Origin: an uncultured virus (IMG/VR IMGVR_UViG_3300029267_002644)
Lineage: Duplodnaviria; Heunggongvirae; Uroviricota; Caudoviricetes
Reading direction: 5' to 3' (one strand)
Virus record (IMG/VR): IMGVR_UViG_3300029267_002644
Length of the DNA stretch: 64,000 bases
The notes under the pieces were generated by a model that was given only the letters and a program-made list of their open reading frames with translations, was not told the origin of the DNA and did no database searches. Below, one piece after another: positions 10,909 to 23,400 of the stretch. The translations under genes and the position numbers were made by a program. Within the stretch, counting starts at the first letter, position 1, and each line of letters opens with the position of its first letter.

Positions 10909-12687
10909 ATGGGACTTTACAAGTACATCGTCGAGCAGGGACAAGGTTTTGACGACCAAGCTGGGCGTGATACAGCCATTGACAAATACTACGTAACAGG
11001 AGTGTTGGATGCCACAGCATGGGTTAACGCAACACATACCGAACCTGGCGAACCAACCAACGCTGTATTGGTTGGAAGCGAAGTCGACGAGTCTGATCCT
11101 CCTATCGTAGTGTCCGCTGGCAACTTCACGGTTAGTGATGGTACAAATCAAATAACAGTATCTTTATCTGGTAATGAGGACTCTGTTGATGAAGTCCTCG
11201 CAGCTATTGATTCAGACAATCGCGCTGCGCCAACACCGTTAAATATCAATTTTCAATCAATTACAAGATACAACGACTATACTGGTGTTACCACAAGACA
11301 GTTAAAATTTACATCAACAGGAGATCCGGGACAATCAGACGAAATCACAGTTGCCGAGGGTACGGCCACTCTTTCACAATTTGGTCTATCAGCAACAACT
11401 GTATATGGAACGCAACCTGACGTCACAATAAAGGATATTCTTTGTTTAGGTGGAAATTATACAACATCTAACGGAATGATTGACAATCCAGATATTCCAA
11501 AAATCACATCTCTTGAATATATTGATGGATTAAGTGGTGTTGAACAGTTCATAAAAGTAATTCAAAAGGGACAAGTACAAGATGAGATCACGGCACTACA
11601 AATAGAGGATTTCACAACCACCTGGCAGGATACTGAATTTGATGATGCTGTGGATACACCAATTTCAACTTTTCAAGATGGAACTGGCGCCTATCTTTAT
11701 GAACAAGGTCGAGTTGACACAGAATTTAATGCTACAAAAGATGATATATTAATTCTTAGTGCAGCAAAGGCTACTGGAACTTTAGATTCTGTAATTGACA
11801 TTGTTGCTAAAGGTGGACCACTTGGAAACCTCACCATTAATATTGAAAATGGTGGAGTAGGATTTAGAGACAATGAGACAGCAACTGTTGTTGGTTCCAC
11901 AATGACAGTATTGATCGAAGATGGTGAATCTAGATTACAACATATAGCCATTGTTATTCAAAATCATCCTCTTATTGAATCTGCTACTATTGTTAATGAA
12001 GAAGATCAATGGACTCGTTGGAGCCTAGGTTCCGGAACGGACACAGTAACATTAACTGGCGGCGGTGATAATTATACAGGAACATCACAACTTCCATTTG
12101 AAGAACCAGATGGAACTGTGTCAGATGAAAATGATGCTACTGTTCTTATTTATGATGACTCAACTCTGATTGCTTACGCTGATGAAAATGGTGACCTTCA
12201 AGATATGGGTTCCTATTTAGACGGCGGCGGAACAAATGCAATCAACTATAGTTCAGGTGTTGTAGATTTGGATGTTGCTTCAATATCACAACCAGTTGTC
12301 ACTGTTAATAGTTCTGTTATGACAGGTGAATCTTCCGCGTACACATATGAACCTGTTACTACAGATACTAATGACAAAACAAGACAAGCATCTGACCTTC
12401 AAAAACATATTGCTTTAGTTATTACAGATTCGAAAGAGTTTGGTGAAGATCTTATCAATGAATTCACAAAAGAAAATGTGTTAATGGGAATTACACAATC
12501 CGGACAAACAAATGCAGTAAGAAAGGCGTTACAAGAAACATGGCTGGCAATTCAAACCGGTTCTCTCCATGATGCTATTTATGAAGCAGAACAGGTAACA
12601 AGAACTTCACCATTCTTAACAGAAGCTCGGTTGAGAAATTTTATCAATGAGATAGAAGCATACTTAGGAGAGCCACTTTCAACATAG
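10909..12687 (+). CDS. Acidic beta-rich structural partner protein A (paralog of 24347..26521)
   Basis: SD aggagg; N-terminus MGLYKYI and near-identical C-terminal ENVLMGIT...TGSLHDAIYEAEQVTRTSPFLTE shared with 24347. Confidence 0.65.
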   Translation: MGLYKYIVEQGQGFDDQAGRDTAIDKYYVTGVLDATAWVNATHTEPGEPTNAVLVGSEVDESDPPIVVSAGNFTVSDGTNQITVSLSGNEDSVDEVLAAIDSDNRAAPTPLNINFQSITRYNDYTGVTTRQLKFTSTGDPGQSDEITVAEGTATLSQFGLSATTVYGTQPDVTIKDILCLGGNYTTSNGMIDNPDIPKITSLEYIDGLSGVEQFIKVIQKGQVQDEITALQIEDFTTTWQDTEFDDAVDTPISTFQDGTGAYLYEQGRVDTEFNATKDDILILSAAKATGTLDSVIDIVAKGGPLGNLTINIENGGVGFRDNETATVVGSTMTVLIEDGESRLQHIAIVIQNHPLIESATIVNEEDQWTRWSLGSGTDTVTLTGGGDNYTGTSQLPFEEPDGTVSDENDATVLIYDDSTLIAYADENGDLQDMGSYLDGGGTNAINYSSGVVDLDVASISQPVVTVNSSVMTGESSAYTYEPVTTDTNDKTRQASDLQKHIALVITDSKEFGEDLINEFTKENVLMGITQSGQTNAVRKALQETWLAIQTGSLHDAIYEAEQVTRTSPFLTEARLRNFINEIEAYLGEPLST

Positions 12688-12705
12688 AAAAGTGTATAAG
12701 TATTT

Positions 12706-12719
12706 AGAACAAATATAAA
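12706..12719 (+). promoter_or_regulatory. Class P (plus-strand, putative late) promoter motif AGAACAAATATAAA
   Basis: One of 9 intergenic copies upstream of plus-strand genes. Confidence 0.65.
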
Positions 12720-12747
12720 ACCCATATCATGAAAGGAGTATTGTTAG

Positions 12748-13743
12748 ATGTCTGATGAAATTCGAGTCGAAGATACAGAGGTAGTTGGTGAAAAAGACAA
12801 AGAGGATTTTGACGAGACTAGAGATTTAGTTCTTCTTAATGATGACTTTAAAAAAGAAGACATCATGGAGATGGTTACAGAACTAGAAGACCTTGGACGT
12901 AAAATTGAAGTTGGGGGTCAAACGTCATATCAAAACCGAAACTTTGTTCTTAACCCAACAGAGTTCCCAGAAGGAACAGTTGGCAAATCAAGACAGGCTG
13001 TATTTGAGGGTGCTGTGCGAGTAGACTCTCTAAAAGGTCTTGTTTTTGATTATCATAAAACCCTCGGTGAAATTAAAAAATGTAAAGCCGAGATGATGCG
13101 ACAAGAAGAAGTTATGAGGCACCCTGATTCCTCACCTGCTGATGTCTTAGAAGCGGAAGGGGCTTGGGAAATTGCTCGAGCAGAACTTCGTCAAAAAGAG
13201 TTGGCTGTTGATGGAATGCAACATAGGTCAAAACATCTTCTTAGAAGCATTCACGATTTTCATTCTGCTTTTAAAGAGAATGAAGAGATTACTCAGAAAA
13301 GAGGAATGGGTATTCTTGATTGGAACAAACCAGAAGTTGAACACGATTACTGGTCTCAAGTTAACGACAGAAAAGTCGTTAAACAACTCATGTACCAACA
13401 AGCTGAACTGTCCAAAGAAGGCGGAGATAGTCTTCCTTTTCAAAATCAATTGGATGTTGGAAGAATTAAAGCTATTGGTACTGAGGTTGGAAATGCAACG
13501 GCCGCAAGATTGGGTTATATGGGTCCACAGGCTCATGAGCAAGATCCAAGAGCTATTCCAAACAATGGTGGTATTCCACAGTCTGAAATGCCAGCATCTT
13601 GGACAATTCTTATAGATGGAGAAACGCTTCCAGCTCCTAATGGTTGTCCATTTCGGGAAGGTGCTAAATGCACTTTTAGAAAACAAATTGTAGGCATGTG
13701 TGATTATCTTTACTGTCAATCTCTCGGACATGTGGCTCAATAA
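12748..13743 (+). CDS. Coiled-coil hypothetical protein with C-terminal Cys cluster (possible assembly chaperone)
   Basis: SD aggag; helical E/K/R-rich core; C-terminal CPF...C...C...C; function is a guess from position. Confidence 0.45.
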   Translation: MSDEIRVEDTEVVGEKDKEDFDETRDLVLLNDDFKKEDIMEMVTELEDLGRKIEVGGQTSYQNRNFVLNPTEFPEGTVGKSRQAVFEGAVRVDSLKGLVFDYHKTLGEIKKCKAEMMRQEEVMRHPDSSPADVLEAEGAWEIARAELRQKELAVDGMQHRSKHLLRSIHDFHSAFKENEEITQKRGMGILDWNKPEVEHDYWSQVNDRKVVKQLMYQQAELSKEGGDSLPFQNQLDVGRIKAIGTEVGNATAARLGYMGPQAHEQDPRAIPNNGGIPQSEMPASWTILIDGETLPAPNGCPFREGAKCTFRKQIVGMCDYLYCQSLGHVAQ

Positions 13744-13749
13744 ATAGAT

Positions 13750-13777
13750 GGAGACGTACTCATTTGGGTACGTCTCC
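13750..13777 (+). terminator. Stem-loop after 12748..13743
   Basis: ggagacgtac/gtacgtctcc 10-bp inverted repeat; weak U-tract. Confidence 0.5.
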
Positions 13778-13802
13778 CAATTTATAGAAAGGTGAATCTC
13801 GA

Positions 13803-14762
13803 ATGGGTCAAAAGAAGGGTTATAAACTTACAGAAGAACATAAGCAAAAAATACGACTAGCTCTTAGAGGTAGGAAACTCTCAAACGAACATAAAAAGAA
13901 AGTATCTGACGCTCTAAAAGGAATCCAAAAATTTGGAAAAGATAATCCATTTTATGGTAAAAAACATACTAAAGAATCTAGAAGAAAGATATCAGAATCT
14001 CTAAAAGGTAAACCACTATCAGGAGAAACTAAAAAGAGATTATCAAAAAGATTTAAAGGTGAGAAAAATCCATTTTACGGAAAAACACATTCAGATGATG
14101 TCAAGAAACTAATATCCAAAACTACAAAGAGACGTCTTGTAGAGAAACCAGAAGAAAATCCATTCAACAATCTAGACTTCAGCGGTGATAAAAATGGAAA
14201 TTGGAAAGGTGGTTACCATTCTAATAATATTCCAACGTATGATGGATATGCTCATAATTTACAACCCGTAGAAGAGGTAAGAAGAGTAAAACGAGATCCT
14301 AATATTTTAGAAGTTAAGTGTGCTTATTGTGGACGATGGTATCAACCTAGTTTAGGCGCAGTTGGAAATAGAGTTGCAACAATAAGAAGTTCTTGTGAAC
14401 GTGGAGAAGCAAAACTTTATTGTTCTAATAAATGTAAAAAAGAATGTCCAGTTTATGGCAGAAGCAAATATCCAAAAGGGTACAAAAAAGCATCTGCAGT
14501 TGAGGTCGACCCGAATCTCAGACAACTTGTATTTAAACGTGACAACTGGGAATGTCAAAAATGTGGTAAGTCTCAAGATATATTACAAACGGGACTACAC
14601 TGTCACCATATAGATCCGGCGACAAAAAACCCCATGTTCGCGAATGATATGGATAGCTGCGTCACTGTATGTAAAGAATGTCATAAAGTAATTCATCAAC
14701 AACCAGGTTGTGGTTATTATGAATTAAGATGTAAAGAAAGGGATTATAATGAAGCTTCGTGA
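13803..14762 (+). CDS. Free-standing NUMOD3-repeat HNH endonuclease-like protein
   Basis: NPFYGKKHTKESRRKISES-type repeats; RDNWECQKCG...HCHHI...CKECH. Confidence 0.85.
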   Translation: MGQKKGYKLTEEHKQKIRLALRGRKLSNEHKKKVSDALKGIQKFGKDNPFYGKKHTKESRRKISESLKGKPLSGETKKRLSKRFKGEKNPFYGKTHSDDVKKLISKTTKRRLVEKPEENPFNNLDFSGDKNGNWKGGYHSNNIPTYDGYAHNLQPVEEVRRVKRDPNILEVKCAYCGRWYQPSLGAVGNRVATIRSSCERGEAKLYCSNKCKKECPVYGRSKYPKGYKKASAVEVDPNLRQLVFKRDNWECQKCGKSQDILQTGLHCHHIDPATKNPMFANDMDSCVTVCKECHKVIHQQPGCGYYELRCKERDYNEAS

Positions 14763-15834
14763 AAAATATGAAAAATGGGTTAATACTCTTACACCGTATG
14801 ATGAAAAGAAAGTTATCATATGGTTGGCCCAGGCAGGTCTTGGTGACAAACTTTCGAATTTGCCGGCGTTTAGACATCTTAAAACGATGTATCCTGATAA
14901 GAAGATTGTCTTGTATACAGAACCGCTAGTTTTTGATCTTTGGAAAAGTTGTCGATATATTGACGTTGCTATACCAGAAGGTTACATTCGAGGAGAAGGT
15001 GCTCTCAACATCATGAAAGAGGACTTAGGAATAAGAGCATTCTGGAGCTTTTATGAGCACCATCAAAAACATATAGTCGCTTCAAGTGTTGAATATATTT
15101 GTAATACAGAATATACTCCAGATATCCCTCTTGAATATGAACTAGATATCTTCGATTATGACATACCAGAAATAGCAAAACATCAAGAACATCTAGTTGA
15201 TCTCGCACAAGGAAAACCAATCGCTGCAATTGCGCCAGCATATACAATGTATTCTAGGATGTGGGACGTAACCCAGTGGGAGAAACTAACAAATCTCCTA
15301 AAACAACAAGGATATTTTGTAGTTGCTCTTGGTGGGAATAATGATTTAGAACCTAAAAATGTAGATCTAAATATGTGTGGAAAATATCCAATTCGTCAGG
15401 TCCCACATATTTTAGATGTCTTTGAAACTGTCTTTACATTAAATAGCGGAATGTTGCACTTGGCAAGTGTAAATCAAACTATTCCAATGGTCTATATTTC
15501 TGTAGGTCAATTTCCGCCTGAGATAATTGCTCCATACCGTAATGGAGAAATAGGTGGTGGTCCTGATAAAATGTTGTTTGTGGACCACGACTGTCCTCTA
15601 AAGGACCAGTGCTTCAGAGAACATATAGAAGAAACGGGAATCAACAGACAAGGACGTGCGTTCTTAGAGAGATGGAAAAAAGAAGAACGTGAAGATTTTC
15701 AAGACGATGGTCTACTACAAAAATACATCTGTTGGTGGTATTGCGCGAAAGTTATGGGCAAGTATTCATGTGGTGAAAACCTTACACCGAATAAGGTAAT
15801 GAAAGCATTTTTGAATTGGAGAAAAGATGACTAA
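14749..15834 (+). CDS. GT9-like (heptosyltransferase-type, GT-B) glycosyltransferase
   Basis: GLGD...PAFRHLKTMYP; APAY...RMW...WEKL; DLNMCGK; NSGMLHLA. Confidence 0.8.
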   Translation: MKLREKYEKWVNTLTPYDEKKVIIWLAQAGLGDKLSNLPAFRHLKTMYPDKKIVLYTEPLVFDLWKSCRYIDVAIPEGYIRGEGALNIMKEDLGIRAFWSFYEHHQKHIVASSVEYICNTEYTPDIPLEYELDIFDYDIPEIAKHQEHLVDLAQGKPIAAIAPAYTMYSRMWDVTQWEKLTNLLKQQGYFVVALGGNNDLEPKNVDLNMCGKYPIRQVPHILDVFETVFTLNSGMLHLASVNQTIPMVYISVGQFPPEIIAPYRNGEIGGGPDKMLFVDHDCPLKDQCFREHIEETGINRQGRAFLERWKKEEREDFQDDGLLQKYICWWYCAKVMGKYSCGENLTPNKVMKAFLNWRKDD

Positions 15835-16525
15835 AGCAGTAGTGACATTGTGTATTGGTGATGAATGGAAACAGATGGCGCAATTGACGCATCCGTCAAT
15901 AAGAGAATATGCTAAAAAAATCGAAGCTGATTTTATTGTAATTAATTCTCCACAGTTAGGTAGTGATCCTGGTTATGAAAAATTCCAGTTGGCAAACATT
16001 CTTGACCACTATGATAGAGTTTTGTTTTTAGATACTGATATTATTGTTAGAGATTTTTGTCCTGATCTTTTCGACATAGTTCCTGAAAGAGATATTGGCG
16101 CGTTTATTGAAAGTAAATATGTTCTTTATTCTGAGGAAGTAGATCAACGAGCAGCGATTCAAGGCATGCAAGAACAACTTGGACATATTGGTTGGAATAA
16201 AGATTACGTGAACACGGGCGTTTTGGTTTTATCCAAAAGACATAAACCAATCTTTGATTTAGCTCATGGTCAAGTAGTTCATTTACATGAGCAAACACAG
16301 CTAAATTACAATATCAAAAAATTGGGATTCTGGGTTAAACACATTCCAAGAAGATTTAATTGTATGGATTTCATCAATCCTACAGAAAGATTTGAAGCTT
16401 ATATAATCCATTATGCAGGAAGAGGTTTTACGGCCGAGTTTCATAACATGGAAAAGAAGCTAGTAAGAATTCAAGAAGATCTTTCTATAATACAACAGTT
16501 TGAGGAGTATGATAATGAAGGTTAA
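15827..16525 (+). CDS. GT8-like (GT-A) glycosyltransferase
   Basis: YDRVLFLDTD (DxD), NTGVLV, EQTQLN, RFN, IIHYAG. Confidence 0.82.
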   Translation: MTKAVVTLCIGDEWKQMAQLTHPSIREYAKKIEADFIVINSPQLGSDPGYEKFQLANILDHYDRVLFLDTDIIVRDFCPDLFDIVPERDIGAFIESKYVLYSEEVDQRAAIQGMQEQLGHIGWNKDYVNTGVLVLSKRHKPIFDLAHGQVVHLHEQTQLNYNIKKLGFWVKHIPRRFNCMDFINPTERFEAYIIHYAGRGFTAEFHNMEKKLVRIQEDLSIIQQFEEYDNEG

Positions 16526-16718
16526 TCCATTGAAAAGTATGATTACGAGAGAATCGTTCCCGAACCTTACAGACGAAGAAATTGAATACCAAATTGGTTT
16601 GCGAGAAAATCTATTGATGGAACTTGTTGGAAACTTATATCCAAAAGTTGTTAAACAAGAAATAGACGAACTAAAGAATAAAATTTGGTTAGGAAAGGCA
16701 CCTGAGGATGGGAACTAA
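16500..16718 (+). CDS. Small hypothetical protein (start uncertain)
   Basis: Fills the gap between GT8 and the next gene, overlapping both. Confidence 0.5.
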   Translation: MRSMIMKVNPLKSMITRESFPNLTDEEIEYQIGLRENLLMELVGNLYPKVVKQEIDELKNKIWLGKAPEDGN

Positions 16719-17406
16719 ATTTTATGGAGATGAAATTGAAAAAACTGTGGGTGTAATGACTGGGTGTTATCTCCATCCAAATAGGGATGTGACACTTTTT
16801 AGACATTTAGAAAAAATTAAATCTTTACCAGATTGGTTTTTGAAAATACTTATTTCACATTCTCCATTACACAAGAATGTGACTAAATATGTGGACATTG
16901 TTTTGTATGATCGGAATAATGTTCATGACCCTGATAGACAATTCTCTTATGGAGCCGCTGAATCTATGCTCATTCGTCAGGGTCTTATTCTTTGCAAATA
17001 TTATAATATTGAATGGATGTTTAAATTTGCTATGGATGTGCTACCAGATAACATCCACAAGATATTAGAATGGTTCAAACACACTGACGAAGGTTATCAG
17101 ATGGTAACTTTCAAACATGGAGATCCAGGTGTTGGAACTTTATGTTTCTTAATAAATGTAGATTGGGGTTTGAGATACATTCCAGAATTTCGAACAGTAG
17201 ATGAGATGCAACAAGGCACTGCGGGAAAGCATCTCGAGGTCGCCATTGGAGAACAAATAAAAAAGAGTGGTCAACTAGATAAAGTGTATTATTACGACAC
17301 CCCAAATAAGATGTTCGAGCAAACCATTGGAAATATTGAATATTACGATGATATGCAAGGGCATAAACAAGATGAGACTTTACTAGCAAAATATCTCAAG
17401 GAGTAA
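16708..17406 (+). CDS. Hypothetical protein, possibly a divergent GT-A-fold glycan enzyme
   Basis: Coupled to the GT cluster; alpha/beta pattern with YGAAE and FKFAMD; assignment weak. Confidence 0.35.
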   Translation: MGTKFYGDEIEKTVGVMTGCYLHPNRDVTLFRHLEKIKSLPDWFLKILISHSPLHKNVTKYVDIVLYDRNNVHDPDRQFSYGAAESMLIRQGLILCKYYNIEWMFKFAMDVLPDNIHKILEWFKHTDEGYQMVTFKHGDPGVGTLCFLINVDWGLRYIPEFRTVDEMQQGTAGKHLEVAIGEQIKKSGQLDKVYYYDTPNKMFEQTIGNIEYYDDMQGHKQDETLLAKYLKE

Positions 17407-17412
17407 TTAAAC

Positions 17413-20400
17413 ATGGCTAACGCACATGATGTCAATCTCTATGGCTATCTACAAAAGGATGGTACGGACTTATACGGTCCGCTAACTCAAGCTCGCCTAA
17501 ATGCCACAGTGAATTCTATGTTGGCATGGAGAGACTCCAACCGAAGAGATGATTTCTCCATCGACCAAGAGGGGATGTATGCTGACATCCTGGCGAACGC
17601 CGGTGATAATTACTCTCCTGGTATTGGGGGTGTTGAACAAGTCTCGATGCTTGATAAAATTGACGGCGCAAATTATTGGACTGTACGTGGTTACCCAAAT
17701 CATATTATCTACTGGATTGGTGCTTTTGGTCTTGGAAGTGATCTGGGTATACAAGCTGGCGGATACAATTCAGGATCGGGTCGTATTGGTGTTTGTGATC
17801 GTTATCAAAATAGTGTTGATACGTGGTTAGTGAGAACATCATTAAATTATTTGAGAAATTCACCAGGTGGCGCTCAGTTAGATACATACCGAGGACTTAT
17901 TTTCGGCGGTGCAAATGGTGATGCAATCGGTGGGATGAACCAAACTGAACGTTTTGACAATACAGACAATACATGGACAAATAGAGGCAGTCTTAATACT
18001 AGACGTGGTTATAATAACGGTTTTGAATTAACAAATGATTTATGTATTTCTTGTGGTGGTTATAACCTTTCTGGTGGAGTAAGAAACGAATGTGAAAGAT
18101 ATAGTGATTCTGCAAATACCTGGTCAAACCGTACAGCTTGTGCAAATAGACGTGAAGCCGGAGCATGCTCTTCGTTTACTTCTGACATGGGTTCATTGTT
18201 TGGTGGTAATAATGGTTCTGGTTCTTTCACAGATTTTAACGAATTATATTCCAATGCAGCTAATACATGGACAGCAAAATCAACATTACATAATACAAGA
18301 ACAGAAGGTCAAGGAGCAGACCAATCTTCCGATACTGGTTTTGCACTTGGTGGTTATGATCAGAGTATTGCTACTTATTTATCCTCAATAGAAAGATTCA
18401 GTATTTCTGCTAATGAATGGACATACAGAACTAACGCGCCAGGTAGATTATATAACGGTGGTGCATGGAATGCAAGTTCTACAAAAGTTCTTACAAGTCA
18501 TAATAGAATTGATTTCTATAATACAATGACATTTAAAGACACCCCTGTTACACTATCAATGGATGGCGGTCTTTCAACAGAGACATACAAACACCAAACT
18601 CCAGCCGTTCCTTACGATCCTGATACATATCAAAGAGTTATCCTCACAGGCGACGTTACCGACACAACAACTCAAATCAAATCTCTTGTTGTATCCGCTT
18701 TGTATAATCAAAGAGACGCTGTTGAGATGGCTGGATATTGGACGCTAAGGAATCCAAGTTTACCTGAAAAAGAAGCGCCTGGTAGTTTCTCACTTGGAAC
18801 AGATGGTGGTATTTCAGCAGGTGGTAGAAGACCAACTGGTCGTATAACAACAACAACAAAATTCTCTGATTCTCAAAACGTATGGAATTCAAAAAGCTCC
18901 TTTTCACTCGCCAGGTCACATATTGGGGGTGGTATTGAATTAACTTCTGATAGAGGTTTAATTGTTGGCGGAAATAATGGTAGTTCCCCATACTATGTAA
19001 ATAATGTCGATCGATTTTCTAATTCAGCCAATAATTGGTCTTCTCGAACAGTTTACCCGGATGCAATTCAACACCCAGCACAATTTAATCTTACTACTGA
19101 CCTTGGAATGGCCGCAGGTGGTATTAACGGAGTATCATATGTTGCTGTAGATAATGCAAGAAGACACTCTGATTCGGGAAATTCGTGGACAACTAGAACA
19201 ACTCTCAATCAAAGAATGGGTTATAATTCAGGTTTTAAATTGACTGACGATAAAGGAATATCTTTCGTCGGGTATAGAGAATCTCCTTCAACCTTGTTAA
19301 CTAATCAGACAGAACTGTATTCAGATTCTGAAAATTCATGGACAATAAAATCCAAATGCCCATTTGCTGTATACGGAGCATACGGTTTTGAATTAGATAC
19401 TAATCTTGGTTTAGTTGGTGGTGGGTATAGTACAAGTCTAAAATATCTAAATTACGCTTATGAATTCAACGCCGTAAAAAATACTTATACCTCAAAAACA
19501 GAACCATCAATCGTATCTACAAATCTAACTGGTAACTTTGGGTTGGGTACATCAACAGGTTGTATTTCTACTGGAGAGAGTTCAACTTCCAATTATAATT
19601 ATGATAATTATAGATTTACGAACTCAGAACCAATGTCAATCTCCTTCCCAACATTTGATCTTACGCTTGACGGCGACGATAACGATGAACACACATTCCC
19701 AGTTCGTGATCAAGAACTGAATACAATCGTTAATCTTGAAGACTATTATTCAACAAGTAAAGAATACTGGACGATGCGTTCAGGAATGATTTATGATCAA
19801 CAAGGTATGGCATTCTTCGCATTAGAATCAACAAGAGCTTTGTCAAGTTCAGGAAGGAATGATACAGGTGGAGCAATTGATTTTAATACACAACGTTTCG
19901 ACGATACAGAAAACGTATGGATTGCTAGAACTTCCACAGCGGCAGGAAGTCAAAAACCAGCCTCGTTTGCACTCACCTCTGATATTGGATTAATAGCTAC
20001 TGGTAATAATGGTGGTGGTAATTTTGTCCTATCGTCTTCAACATTTACAGATTCTACAAATGCGTTCGCAACCAGAACGAATCCGAATACTGCTTGTGAA
20101 GCAAGGGGTATTGAACAAACGTCTAATTTAGGGTTCAAAGCTAACTGGTATAATGGGGTTGATATTAAAACTTCAGAACAATATAATTACTCTGGAAATA
20201 GTTGGACAAACAAATCTAGTCAAACTGAACTCCACTCAAACTGCATTGCGTTTGGTCTAGATAGTGATCTTGGAATGATGTGTGGTGGATATAACGGCGG
20301 TTCATCATTTGCAAAATCATGTGAAAGATATTCTGACGCTGATAACGCGTGGACATTTAGAGCCAACTTACCAGGATCTTCTACTTCATATTCTGGAGGT

Positions 20401-23400
20401 TATTTTGGTAATGGTTTTAATACTTCTTCTGTATCAGGTCTTGGCTGCGGTGGTTATAATGGTCCAGGTAATGAATGTGATCATACTGCTAGGGAGTACA
20501 ATGATACAACTAATAATTGGACTTCTAAACCCGATTATAGTTCTGTTGAATATGTAAATCAACCTGGAACTTCAACTCTTACTAATCCAAATGGTTTATT
20601 GTTTGGAGGTCAAAATGGTGGTGGTTCATTAGTAACTACATCAACAAGAAAATATGTAAGTGAATCTGTATCGGCGATTCCTGCTCCATCAGGTGTATGG
20701 ACACAAAGAACAACAAACTTTGCAGACGCAAATGGTCAGACAGGATTTGGTTTAACCACTGACCGCGCAATTATTGCAGGCGGTCAGAACGGTGGTGTAA
20801 CAGACGATGTTGGTAGATATTCAAACAGCGCAGATGTATGGGTATCTAGAGCCGTCCTTACCGATCCAAGAGGTTCATTTGGCGGATTCAAACTTACTGA
20901 AAATATAGGCATAACCTGTGGTGGACAAAATAACTCAAGAGCAACTACAGTTGAGAGATATGACGATTCTAAAAATACATGGTCTACAAGAACCGGACTT
21001 ACAATCGGAAGGAATGGTTGTTGTGGTTTAGAACTAGATTCCGATATGGGTATTTGCGCTTGTGGTTATAATGGATCAGGAAATGGATGGGTAGATAGAT
21101 ACTCGAACGCTGCTAATAGTTGGACTAGTAAAACACAAGCTACTATTTTTAAACACGAAGCAGCAGGTGTTGGTTTAACTTCAGACAGAGCAATTTTGTA
21201 CGCAGGTACTGATCCTAACTATAAATCTAGTGTGACAGAAAAATATTCAGAGTCAGCGGATATTTGGTATTTTGGTGTAAGCTCTGTTGATCCATCAGAG
21301 AGAGCTCACGGTTTTAGCCTTGGTACAGATGTTTGTATTAAAGCAGGTGGATCAAGATCTGCACCTTTTTCAAGCTATTCAAATACAGTTCAATCTCATA
21401 CAGATTCTTCCAATGTGTGGAAAACCCTACCTTCTATCAATCAGAGAGCTGGACACGGCAGCGCTGAATTTGGGTCACATATGGGTCTTATCTCTGGTGG
21501 ATACAATGGAACAGGTTATCCATCTGGAGCTGAAAGATATCAAGATGCAGAGTCTCCGGTATTAACAGAGACTGGTTATTGGACAAGTCGTGTATCAATG
21601 GCTGTACCAAGATCAGTTGCGGCAGGATTTGATCTTACCTCTAATTTAGGTGTCATAGCAGGAGGTTATAATGTATCTGCTAAATTAGGAACAACTGAAA
21701 GATATTCTGATACAGATAATTCATGGACGTCGAGAACATCTTTCACTGAAGTTAGAAACAATTTAGGAGGTTTTGGGTTAGATTCAGATTTAGGTATCGC
21801 ATGCGGTGGTAATAACAATTCAAACAGGACTTCCGCAGTTGATAGATATTCTGATACTGGCAACTCTTGGACAGGTAGAACGTCACTATCTGCAGTAAAA
21901 CAGAACAATCCAGCATTTGGTTTAACTTCTGATTTGGGAATGGTAGGAGGAGGAGAGAGTGGTGGAGCTTTAAATACTACAGAAAGATATTCTGATTCTG
22001 GTAATTCTTGGACAGGAAGAACTAATCTGAATGTTGCAAGGTATGCTTCATCCGCTATTCAGTTAGATTCTGATAAGGGTATTATCTCTAATGGTTTTAA
22101 TACAACTTTTCTTACAACAACTGATAGATATTCTGATTCAGGTAATTCCTGGACACTAAGAGCAGACCAAATAACCAGAAACGGTTGGACTGGAGCATTT
22201 GAAATATCATCAACTACTGGACTTGTAGCGGGCGGAGGAAACTCTTATAGTTCTACAACTCCTGAGAAATATAACGATACTGATAATACTTGGAGTTTGA
22301 AATTTTCATTAAACACCATCAGAACAGATACAATGGGGTTCTCATCATCAGATGGTATTATTGCAGGCGGAAACAATGGAACAAGAATAGGCACTACTGA
22401 AAGATATATTGATTCAGTTGAAACTCCTATTGTCTATGGTTCGGTTTGGACAATGCGAACAACTTTAGGTCATGCACGTAACACAACTGCTGGTTGTCCT
22501 CTTGATACCAATGAGGGTATTATCTGCGGAGGTTATAATGGATCTAACACTATAGATGATACAGATCTATTTAATGATGTTGATAATACGTGGACATCAA
22601 AAACTGCTATGAATTCCGCACGACAAAAACATGCTTGTTTTGGTTTGACTACCAATCTAGCAATGGCAGCCACAGGTGCTTACACTCAAGTATCTACTGA
22701 ACGATTTTCCAAATCTGGTGACTCTTGGACTGCAAGGTCTTCGGTAAGTAATGGTAGAGAATTAATTCCAGGTTGTGGATTAACTTCAGATAAGGGTGTA
22801 ATAGCAGGTGGGCATGATAATGATCCAGGAGTAAATCTACCCACAGGATTGACGGAAACATACTCAGATACAGGCAACAGCTGGACAATCAGAACAAGTT
22901 TGACCGCAAGAGCCTCTATGGGAGCATTTTCTTTAGGAGACTCTGACAAGGGTATATTCACAGGTGGTATGGAAAGACCTGCAGGTTCATGGGTGTGGGC
23001 AACAACTACAGAACGGTTCTCGGAATCTGGAAATTCATGGACATCTAGAAATGGTTTTAATATGGAAGGTAATTCATCTCCTACAGGTTCGTCTCTATCT
23101 GCATCGTATGGACTTGCTATAGGCGGACAATCTCCGACAGGTGTTAGATTTGACTATACTCAGAAGTTTTCTGATACAAATAATATATGGTCCACTGAAA
23201 AACCAATAACTGTTGGGAGAAGTAGAGGTGGTGCTTTTTATTTAGGCTCAGATGATAAAGCTGTGTTTGCTGGAGGTTATACTGGATCTGCTGCACCACA
23301 AAGAACAGGCATGACTGAAAGATATACTGACGTAGCAACAGCGGAAGCATTTGTACCAAGATACAAGATGAGATTGAAGTTTAATCTTCCGAGAGATATT

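Noticed and set aside
13744..14762. Group I intron housing the HNH gene
   Set aside because: The flanking genes look complete and unrelated, the HNH overlaps the GT start, and there is no room for an intron core; the same applies to 35751.
14749..17406. Bacterial LPS biosynthesis operon (chromosomal origin of the window)
   Set aside because: The GTs are isolated among virion-like genes and HNH genes, and no housekeeping genes appear in 64 kb.
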